NCBI GenBank assembly: GCA_951812955.1
Contig: OX638340.1
Coordinates: 160,001-224,000, forward strand
Direction of reading: 5' to 3'
DNA from: an uncultured Gemmatimonadota bacterium
Lineage (GTDB): Bacteria > JAAXHH01
Length of the DNA stretch: 64,000 bases
Shown: piece by piece, positions 56,848 through 64,000 of the stretch
How the letters are laid out: every line of letters starts with the position of its first letter
How positions within the stretch are numbered: the first letter of the stretch is position 1
Notes under the pieces: generated by a model
Seen by the model: the letters and a program-made list of their open reading frames with translations, nothing else
Databases searched by the model: none
Told to the model about the DNA's origin: nothing
Position numbers and translations under genes: made by a program

Positions 56848-58380
56848 TTGCGGAAAGATATCATAGTTGAGACGGCCACGCACGAAACGCGCATTGCCAT
56901 GCTCGAGGACAACCATCTCGTTGAGCTTCTGGTCGAACGCCCGGAACACGAACGCGTGGTCGGGAATATCTGCAAGGGCGTTGTAACGGCGGTCATACCG
57001 AGTATTCAGGCAGCCTTCGTCGATATCGGCATGGACAAGGCGGCCTTCCTGCAGGCGTCGGATGTCACCGGAGGGGCCGACTGGATCGATTTCGATGACG
57101 ACGAAAACCAGGATTCCGGATCCGGCAGGAGCAGAGACCGGGAATACCGGATACAGGAGATGGTCAAAGAAGGCCAGGAAATCGTAGTCCAGATTACGAA
57201 GGAGTCGATCGGCACCAAGGGACCTCGGGTCACCTCCCAGATATCTCTGCCGGGCAGGTTTCTCGTGCTGGTTCCCCATGCCAATTACGTCGGCGTGTCG
57301 CGACGGATCGACGACTGGAGCGAAAAGCGCAGGCTCAGGGACCTGGCCCGAAGCCTCAAGTCCGACGACTTCGGGGTCATCGTGCGGACGGCCGCACTGG
57401 GCAAATCGGATTCCGAGTTGAAGAACGATCTCAAGCAGTTGACCAAGATCTCGAAGAATATCGAGAAACAGGTCGGGAATACATCGGCCCCCGCCATGAT
57501 CCACAAGGACGTCGAAATGACGTCGGGGATGATACGCGATCTGTTCACGCCCGATATCGACAGTGTAATCATCGATTCGAAGGCGGTATACAAGGAGATC
57601 CTCGCATACCTCAAGGGGGTGGCCCCCCAGCTCCGCTCGCGCGTTCACATGTACGATGGGACGGCGCCGGTGTTCGACGCCTACGGGATCGAAAACGAGA
57701 TCGGCAAGGCGCTGCACCGGAAAGTATGGCTGAAGAATGGCGGATACATACTCATCGAGCCCACAGAAGCGCTGGTGACGATAGACGTGAATTCGGGGCG
57801 GTACGCGGGCTCCAAGGGGCACGAGGAAACGGTGTACCAGACCAACCTGGAAGCCTGCGCGGAGGTCGCCCGGCAGCTTCGGCTCAGGGACATCGGGGGC
57901 ATCATCGTTATAGATTTCATTGACATGGAAGACCGTGGAAACCGCCGCCAGGTGCACCAGGAGATGGAAAAGGTCATGGCGCACGACCGCGCGCGGACAC
58001 GCATGTCCAAGGAGATCAGCGAATTCGGACTGATAGAGATGACCCGCCAGCGGATCCGTCCCAGCCTGCTCTTCACCTTCAGCGAAGCGTGCCCGGTGTG
58101 CGACGGAACCGGACGAATCATGTCGCGCCTTACCATGGTAACCCAGATCGGCCGGTGGCTGAAGCGGGCGAAGCCGGGCTTGAGAGAACGAAGGCTCAAG
58201 CTCAAAGTCCATCCCACCGTGGCGTTGAGTCTGAACGAAAACGGCCGGGAGAAACTGGTGAACCTGCAAGACGAATACAAGATGCAACTTCAGATCGAGG
58301 AAGATCCGTTTCTTCACGTGGAGGAGTTCCGCGTGTTTTCGGGCAAACGGGACCTGGACGTGACCGACGAGTTTAAGTGA
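56848..58380 (+). CDS. rng: ribonuclease G (RNase E/G family)
   Basis: 510 aa; TTG start; N-terminal S1 domain (GNICKGVVTAVIPSIQAAFVDIG), catalytic core blocks (LVTIDVNSGRYAG; RDIGGIIVIDFIDM). Confidence 0.8.
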   Translation: MRKDIIVETATHETRIAMLEDNHLVELLVERPEHERVVGNICKGVVTAVIPSIQAAFVDIGMDKAAFLQASDVTGGADWIDFDDDENQDSGSGRSRDREYRIQEMVKEGQEIVVQITKESIGTKGPRVTSQISLPGRFLVLVPHANYVGVSRRIDDWSEKRRLRDLARSLKSDDFGVIVRTAALGKSDSELKNDLKQLTKISKNIEKQVGNTSAPAMIHKDVEMTSGMIRDLFTPDIDSVIIDSKAVYKEILAYLKGVAPQLRSRVHMYDGTAPVFDAYGIENEIGKALHRKVWLKNGGYILIEPTEALVTIDVNSGRYAGSKGHEETVYQTNLEACAEVARQLRLRDIGGIIVIDFIDMEDRGNRRQVHQEMEKVMAHDRARTRMSKEISEFGLIEMTRQRIRPSLLFTFSEACPVCDGTGRIMSRLTMVTQIGRWLKRAKPGLRERRLKLKVHPTVALSLNENGREKLVNLQDEYKMQLQIEEDPFLHVEEFRVFSGKRDLDVTDEFK

Positions 58381-58407
58381 CTGGACCAAATGAACAAGGA
58401 GTGATCG

Positions 58408-58734
58408 ATGTACGCTGTGATCAGATCGGGCGATCAGCAGTTCAGTGTCAACGAGGGGGATGAGATCCAGGTCGAGAAGATTGCCGCCGAAGTGGGCGAG
58501 GAGATCACCATCGACCAGGTACTCCTCCTGGGCGGCGGGGAGACGCTGGTCGGTACGCCGACGGTGGCCGGTGCTACCGTGACGGCCAGGGTAACGGAAC
58601 AGGGGCGTCATCCCAAAATCGTGGTGTTCAAGATGAAACGCCGTAAGAACTACCGCCGGAAGAGGGGGCACAGGCAGCATTATACCGCGCTCGAAATAAC
58701 CGGCATCAACTACGACCCAAGCGTGACCAACTGA
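58408..58734 (+). CDS. rplU: 50S ribosomal protein L21
   Basis: 108 aa; [15 protein letters not shown]-terminus; AAGGAG RBS. Confidence 0.95.
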   Translation: MYAVIRSGDQQFSVNEGDEIQVEKIAAEVGEEITIDQVLLLGGGETLVGTPTVAGATVTARVTEQGRHPKIVVFKMKRRKNYRRKRGHRQHYTALEITGINYDPSVTN

Positions 58735-58752
58735 TTTGAGAGGAGCCTTGAC

Positions 58753-59007
58753 ATGGCCCACAAGAAAGGCGTAGGGAGTTCTCGCAACGGTAGAGACAGC
58801 AATCCCAAGTTTCTCGGCGTGAAAACCGGAGACGGCATGCGCGTCCGGGCTGGCAACATCCTCGTTCGGCAGCGGGGAACGCGTATTCTACCTGGAACGA
58901 ACGTCGGGCGCGGCAACGACGACACACTCTTTGCCCTCGCGGATGGCGTCGTTCAGTTCCGCCGGCTCGGGAAGAGCCGTACGCAGGTCCATATCGCCAA
59001 CGGGTGA
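58753..59007 (+). CDS. rpmA: 50S ribosomal protein L27
   Basis: 84 aa; [17 protein letters not shown]-terminus. Confidence 0.95.
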   Translation: MAHKKGVGSSRNGRDSNPKFLGVKTGDGMRVRAGNILVRQRGTRILPGTNVGRGNDDTLFALADGVVQFRRLGKSRTQVHIANG

Positions 59008-59011
59008 TCCC

Positions 59012-61231
59012 ATGGCGATCGCCGATGACGCCGTCGTTCGAAAGGCGAAAGACGGGATTTTCGCCTTCCTCGAGGGACAGTTCCGGGGCGGGCTGATCGA
59101 TGAAGGACTCTACGAACAGGCCCGCCGCAACGTAGTCCCGAATCTCCGCAACTGGCTGACCGACCCTCACATCATCCGGCTGTCCCCCCGGCTCGGAGAA
59201 GGACTGAGAACCGCGGTCGAAGCGGACAGGTGGGCCGAACTGATCGAAGCCTTCGTGGACGAGATCAAGTTCGGCACAGCAGGTATACGCGGCAAGGCCG
59301 CGATGTCGGATGAAGAACTGCAGATCCTTTCCCGCGACGGCATGGATGCCCCCATCCTCAAGGGGCCGAATACACTCAACAACATCGTTCTTCTGCTGAA
59401 ATCCACGGGCGTGGCGAAATACGCTGTCGATCATGGGCTCAGGGCCATCGTCATCGGATATGACAGCCGGGTCGCGGGCCAGGACTTCGCGCGGCTGGTG
59501 TCCCGGGTTTTCCTGGCGGCGGGAATGAAGGTCTACCTGTTCGACGAAGCCTGCCCATATCCGGAAATGACCTTCGCCATTCCAACGCTGGGCGCCGACA
59601 TGGGTATCCTGATCTCAGCGAGCCACAACGACCGCAGATACAATGGCTACAAGCTTTCTGCCGGTACGGGATCGCAGTTTCCACCGGGGGAACGTGCCGT
59701 AATCTACAACGACTACATCAGGAGAACGACCCCGGCCCATATAGCCCTCGTGGACTACAATGAAGCCGGCGTCGATCCGGATCACCCCGATGATCCTGGC
59801 CGGGACGGCAACAGGCTCGTGTTTCTGGGCGGGGCGGCTCCGTTGTCCGGCTTCGACTACCTGGACCGTCCTCTCGTCGATATCCACCGGATGTACCAGG
59901 ACCAGATCCGGGGCTTCATATCCGACCCGGCCATGACGAAGTCCTGGGCACCCACCGTCGGGATCGGGTATTGCGCCTTCCACGGGGCCGGGCGTAAGGC
60001 CGTGCCGCGGTTGCTGAAGGACTTCAGTTTCACCCGCGTGAACCGGATAACCAGGCACCAGTTGAACGAGCTCAACGGCCTTTTCCCCGCCTTCCAGGAT
60101 CACCCGGAACAACAACCGGACCCCGGTGATCCCATGGCTGCGGAGATTGCCGTGAACGCTTACCGGGAACAGTACGGCGCGGAAGATCTGGAAGGCCTCG
60201 ACCTCATGATCGGTACCGACCCGGATGCCGACAGGGCGGGACTGGTGATCAAGGTCCCCCGGGAATTCCGGGCGTACCACGAGAACAGGTCCCATATCCT
60301 TTTGTCGGCCGACGATGCCTGGTCCCTGCTGCTCTGGTACCGCCTGTCCAGGGATACCGGGGATTCGCGGGCGTTTCGACCCCGGCCGGAGGAGTCCTTC
60401 GTCGTGCTTTCCCATATTACGACCGACGCACTGGTCCGGCTCGCGCGAAAGTACGGGCTTGGCGTCATCAAGACCTGGGTCGGTTTCGGCTTGATCGCCA
60501 ATGCGGTCGAACGCGTGTGGTCAGGAGACGACCTGTCGGATCCCCGTTTCAGGGACATCATCTATCAGACCGTGGATATGGATGGTAAGCCTCGAAGCTA
60601 CAATGTGGGGTGCCTTGAACAAAGTAACGGGTTCAGTATACTGGGTGGCCCGCCGGCCACGGCCGAGGCCATGGGAACGAACGGGCACGTGCGGGACAAG
60701 GACGGGGTCTTTGCCGCGATCCTGCTCGCCGAGGTGGCGGCCTATGCCGCGTCCATCGGGACGACGATCTATGACCTGATAGACGAAAAGATCTACCTGG
60801 ATCCGGACATCGGATGTTTCGTGACCGATGTCGTGCCCGTTCCGCAGTGGGGAGAATTCGCGGGACTGGAGGGGTTGACGCGGAAGATCGTTTGCCTCAG
60901 GCGATGCGCCGACCTGGGGGAACGCGTCCGGGAAGGCGAATCCATATCGCTGGACGGTCTTCCGGTGCTGTCATCGGAAACCTTCGTCGCGGGCAAGTAC
61001 GCGGATGCGCACCAGTGGCCCGGTTTTCCCGATGAGGGCATTCGGTTCTACTTCGACGAGGAAAGACTGAATTACATGACCGTGCGTCCATCGGGCACGT
61101 CCCAATGCTTCAGGTTTCACATGCAGTTGCAGGTGGAGAACCCGACACGGCACCGCCTGGCGCAACAGAAGTACGAGGCCAGGCTGCGTGCCCGGAGGAT
61201 GATCGCCGCGATGCGCGAACGGATCATGTAG
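59012..61231 (+). CDS. alpha-D-phosphohexomutase family protein (phosphoglucomutase/phosphomannomutase-like), unusually long
   Basis: about 739 aa from ATG 59012 (5 nt after rpmA stop); catalytic Ser loop ISASHNDRRYNGYK; metal-binding GTDPDADRAGL; about 100-aa N-terminal extension. Confidence 0.65.
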   Translation: MAIADDAVVRKAKDGIFAFLEGQFRGGLIDEGLYEQARRNVVPNLRNWLTDPHIIRLSPRLGEGLRTAVEADRWAELIEAFVDEIKFGTAGIRGKAAMSDEELQILSRDGMDAPILKGPNTLNNIVLLLKSTGVAKYAVDHGLRAIVIGYDSRVAGQDFARLVSRVFLAAGMKVYLFDEACPYPEMTFAIPTLGADMGILISASHNDRRYNGYKLSAGTGSQFPPGERAVIYNDYIRRTTPAHIALVDYNEAGVDPDHPDDPGRDGNRLVFLGGAAPLSGFDYLDRPLVDIHRMYQDQIRGFISDPAMTKSWAPTVGIGYCAFHGAGRKAVPRLLKDFSFTRVNRITRHQLNELNGLFPAFQDHPEQQPDPGDPMAAEIAVNAYREQYGAEDLEGLDLMIGTDPDADRAGLVIKVPREFRAYHENRSHILLSADDAWSLLLWYRLSRDTGDSRAFRPRPEESFVVLSHITTDALVRLARKYGLGVIKTWVGFGLIANAVERVWSGDDLSDPRFRDIIYQTVDMDGKPRSYNVGCLEQSNGFSILGGPPATAEAMGTNGHVRDKDGVFAAILLAEVAAYAASIGTTIYDLIDEKIYLDPDIGCFVTDVVPVPQWGEFAGLEGLTRKIVCLRRCADLGERVREGESISLDGLPVLSSETFVAGKYADAHQWPGFPDEGIRFYFDEERLNYMTVRPSGTSQCFRFHMQLQVENPTRHRLAQQKYEARLRARRMIAAMRERIM

Positions 61232-61304
61232 CGTACTACGTCCGCTGACTGCCGATGGGGTGGTATGGTGGCTTCAGCGGTTGGCCGATGGAAGCGGATA
61301 AGCC

Positions 61305-63125
61305 TTATATGGCGAAAAAGGACCTCAGATTGTTCTCGATGTCCGCGTCTTCGCGCAGCTTGGTCAGCCATTCCTCGTACAGCTGATTCTGCTTCTGAAG
61401 CAGCAGCTGCCGTTTCAGGCCATCTTTCACCATTTCGTAGGTTGTCTCGTCGACCGGCTCTCTGGTTACCAGTTGAATGAGGTAGTAACCCCTTTCCCCT
61501 TCGACCACTTCGCTGAGCGCACCGGTCTCCGCCAGCTGGAACGCGCCCTTGATGAAAGCCAGATCCTGTCCGATTCTAGGGATGAAAGCCTGTTGTCGCG
61601 AAATGGGATCCGTGGCGATGACACGGTCCGCCAGGACGCCGCTCAATGCGTCCAGGTTCCCGGCGCCGAGGCCCGCCCTGACCTCCTCGCCCCGCAGCCT
61701 GGCCCGTTCCATTTTCTGATTCCGCACGAGGATCGACCGGATGCGCAACGCCACTTCCTCCAGGGGCAGTACGCCGGCCGGCTTTTCCTCCGCGTTCGCG
61801 AGTACGTAAAAACCGTTGGCGTTTTCCAGTACTTCGCTGATGTCGCCGGGTTCCGAGTCGAAGGTGAAGGACGAAGCGCCGACCAGGTACCCGATGCCCG
61901 GGATGAACCCGTCGGGGCGGTCGGTGAAAAACCCGGTGGTTTCGATCTCCAGGGAATCCGGCATGCCGAGGACGGTTTCGGCCAGGCTGCTTTCGAGTGC
62001 CCGGGTTCGAAGCTGTCCCGCCTGCTCGAGCAGCGTGGCGAGGGTCTGCTGGCCGGTGATGGTCTTCAAGAGAATATGGCGCGCGCGGACCTGCTCAGCG
62101 CCATCCCTGTCCGTAGCCTCTTCCACCTGGATAATGTGCCATCCGTGCTGCGTTTTTACAGGTTCCGAGATGGAGCCCGGTGGCGTTGCGAAGGCGACCG
62201 CCTCAAATTCCGGGACCATGGTGTTTCTTCCGAAAAACCCCAGGTCTCCCCCTTCTGCGGCATTGGATGCGTCCTCGGAGAAGTCCCTGGCCAGTGTTGC
62301 GAAATCGGCGCCGTCGACGAGCTGCCCGTATAGCTCCTCGATCTGGCGTTCGACGCGCTGGGAATCGGCCACGCTCGGTTGCTTCGGAATCATGACGTAG
62401 GTTAACGAAACCCGGTCGTCCTCCATGAAGGCTTCGGCATGATCCGCGTAGTACGCGGCGATGTCGCCGTCGGTGATCGATTCCGGTTCCACTTCCTGGT
62501 CTTCAGGATCGAAAAAGAGGTATTTGGCCGTCAACTGCTCGTTTTGTTCCTCAAAAGCCTGCCTTACTTCCAGATCCGTGACGCGCGCGCCCGAGATCAC
62601 CCGATTGATGAGCTTCCGCCGGGGCAGCAGCGTGCGGTACTGGTCTTCGAGGAACGCCCAGCCTTCGACGGCCGGGTCGTTCAGCGCCTGGAGATACTTG
62701 GTCTGGTCGAATTCGCCGTCCGTCTGGAACATCTCCTGCTGCCGGACATATTCCGGTGGATTGTTGCGAATCGCTTCCAGTATTTCGGCGTCGGTTACGA
62801 AAATCCCCTGTCTTCCGATTTGCTGTCCGAGCAACGTGAGTTCGATGCGCCGGTCCCATACCTCGTTTATGATTTCCCGGCTCCTGAATTCGTCCAGGGT
62901 GCCGCCCTGCTGCTGGCGTTCGATTTCCTGCACCCGTTCCACTTCAAACCGCATTTCCTCATAGGACACCGATTCACCGTTTATCGATCCCACGGTGTTC
63001 TGCCCCCCCGGCCCCCTGCCCGCCATGTCGGCGCCCCATTCCAGGCCGATCAGACCGATGAAGGCTATGACCAGGATAATCATGACGACGTGGGTTCGTT
63101 CTCTCAGTAGTTTCATCAATGCCAT
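61305..63125 (-). CDS. periplasmic chaperone / peptidyl-prolyl cis-trans isomerase, PpiD/SurA-like (parvulin domain)
   Basis: about 607 aa from ATG 63125 (AAGGAG RBS); N-terminal TM anchor VVMIILVIAFIGLIGL; parvulin block HGWHIIQVEE. Confidence 0.7.
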   Translation of the reverse strand: MALMKLLRERTHVVMIILVIAFIGLIGLEWGADMAGRGPGGQNTVGSINGESVSYEEMRFEVERVQEIERQQQGGTLDEFRSREIINEVWDRRIELTLLGQQIGRQGIFVTDAEILEAIRNNPPEYVRQQEMFQTDGEFDQTKYLQALNDPAVEGWAFLEDQYRTLLPRRKLINRVISGARVTDLEVRQAFEEQNEQLTAKYLFFDPEDQEVEPESITDGDIAAYYADHAEAFMEDDRVSLTYVMIPKQPSVADSQRVERQIEELYGQLVDGADFATLARDFSEDASNAAEGGDLGFFGRNTMVPEFEAVAFATPPGSISEPVKTQHGWHIIQVEEATDRDGAEQVRARHILLKTITGQQTLATLLEQAGQLRTRALESSLAETVLGMPDSLEIETTGFFTDRPDGFIPGIGYLVGASSFTFDSEPGDISEVLENANGFYVLANAEEKPAGVLPLEEVALRIRSILVRNQKMERARLRGEEVRAGLGAGNLDALSGVLADRVIATDPISRQQAFIPRIGQDLAFIKGAFQLAETGALSEVVEGERGYYLIQLVTREPVDETTYEMVKDGLKRQLLLQKQNQLYEEWLTKLREDADIENNLRSFFAI

Positions 63126-63270
63126 ATTGCCTGCGCTCCTTGCGGACTTGTGCCGTTCGTTCCTCCAGCATGTTTCCGGACGTATGGAAAAAGACACGTA
63201 AATATAAGGGACCGGCTTTTCGTCGGCAACTCATTTGTCCCGGACGGGCGGGCCTGAAGGCAAAAGATGC

Positions 63271-63299
63271 TTGACAGTCTGCCAGACTCCACCTATTTT
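63271..63299 (+). promoter_or_regulatory. candidate sigma70-like promoter for rpmE (TTGACA-17-TATTTT)
   Basis: TTGACA 63271-63276; TATTTT 63294-63299; AAGGAG RBS before ATG 63374. Confidence 0.3.
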
Positions 63300-63373
63300 T
63301 GGCTGGGCGCTTAAACAAACAAGCAGCCCGGCGATGCTTATAACACGGCCGATGACCTCAAGGAGTCAGCCTG

Positions 63374-63577
63374 ATGAAGAGTGGAATTCACCCTGAGTAC
63401 AAGGAAATCACGGTAAGCTGCGCCTGCGGCAATACTTTTAAGACTCGCTCGACGATCGATACGATCCACGTTGAGATCTGCTCGGCTTGCCATCCCTTCT
63501 ACACCGGAAAGCAGAAAATGGTCGACAGCGCAGGCCGCGTGGAACGCTTCAACCGGAAGTACGGAATCAAAGAGTAA
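63374..63577 (+). CDS. rpmE: 50S ribosomal protein L31 (Zn-ribbon type)
   Basis: 67 aa; CxxC...CxxC(H) (CACGN ... CSACHPF); FNRKYG C-terminus. Confidence 0.95.
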   Translation: MKSGIHPEYKEITVSCACGNTFKTRSTIDTIHVEICSACHPFYTGKQKMVDSAGRVERFNRKYGIKE

Positions 63578-63609
63578 GCCGCGATCGTAGTCGCCCGACC
63601 CTTCCAGGC

Positions 63610-63639
63610 CCGACAGTCCAGGCTGTTCCCGACTGTCGG
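63610..63639 (+). other. 9-bp perfect-stem RNA hairpin between rpmE and prfA (possible attenuator/processing element; no T-run)
   Basis: CCGACAGTC (63610-63618) - 12-nt loop - GACTGTCGG (63631-63639). Confidence 0.35.
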
Positions 63640-63669
63640 ATGCCGCCGCTCCCCTACCTTGCCATGCCT

Positions 63670-64000
63670 CCATGTTACTCCATCAACTCGAAAATATCGT
63701 TCGACGCTTCGAATCCCTCGACAGTCAGCTGGCGGATCCTTCCGTAACCACCAATCCGCAAAAGCTGCGCGAAATCGGGCGGGAATACCGCGAACTGACC
63801 CCGGTGATCGATCGGTACCGCGTGTACCGGAAAATCCTGGATGACCTCGAATCGGCCCGTTCGGTGCTGCAGGAGTCCGGTGCCGACCCCGACATGGCCG
63901 AACTTGCCCGGGACGAAGTGGAAAGCCTGGATCGGGATAAAGCGGAACTCGAGCAGGAACTTACGCGGTTGATCGTTCCCAGGGATCCCGAAGACGAGCG
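63670..64000 (+). CDS. prfA: peptide chain release factor 1 (N-terminal part; continues beyond window end)
   Basis: ATG 63670; translation MLLHQLENIVRRFESLDSQLADPSVTTNPQKLREIGREYRELTPVIDRYRVYR... matches RF1 N-terminal domain; absent from ORF track because no in-window stop. Confidence 0.8.

Noticed and set aside
56791-58761. 656-aa minus-strand ORF opposite rng/rplU
   Set aside because: Overlaps RNase G and L21, both confidently identified; no motifs.
63659-63844. 61-aa ORF (MPCLHVTPSTRK...) listed in the track after rpmE
   Set aside because: The +1 frame from ATG 63670 encodes an unmistakable release-factor-1 N-terminus running off the window; the listed ORF is an out-of-frame shadow.

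Overview
High-GC (roughly 60-65% by eye), gene-dense chromosomal segment from a Gram-negative (diderm) bacterium. Nearly all real genes are identified from recognisable protein motifs in the supplied ORF track; many long antisense ORFs are GC artefacts. Conserved housekeeping blocks: aroA; a complete 14-subunit complex I operon nuoA-N (27.5-41.8 kb) with pyrE inserted between nuoB and nuoC; rng-rplU-rpmA; rpmE-prfA (prfA runs off the window end); MTAP; a csp; a PpiD-like chaperone. Two accessory-looking regions stand out. (i) 7.7-18.7 kb is a co-directional, tightly packed sulfatase locus: RraA-like protein (ATGA overlap into sulfatase), 3 Cys-type sulfatases (CxPxR / CxAxR), a radical-SAM anaerobic sulfatase-maturating enzyme with a SEC-C-like Zn tail, an orphan family-5 solute-binding protein, PhyH-family Fe/2OG dioxygenases (3 paralogs in the window) and a 469-aa unknown. 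It sits next to a TonB-dependent receptor and an OM beta-barrel protein. (ii) 42.9-56.8 kb is an LPS-core-like glycosyltransferase island: 3 WaaE/KdtX-like GT2 paralogs plus another GT2, 3 GT9 heptosyltransferase-like, GT4, MsbA-like exporter, and an unusual radical SAM/SPASM protein. It is interrupted by a methyltransferase-DUF4212-Na+/solute symporter module. Other notable items: a FAD-oxidoreductase::SelD fusion, several short tandem/direct repeat arrays (2811-2870, 9958-10024, 26256-26396, 46211-46294, 54587-54633), an AT-rich island upstream of aroA, and candidate sigma70-like promoters. No rRNA/tRNA genes and no CRISPR array were recognised by eye; no obvious mobile element was seen either.
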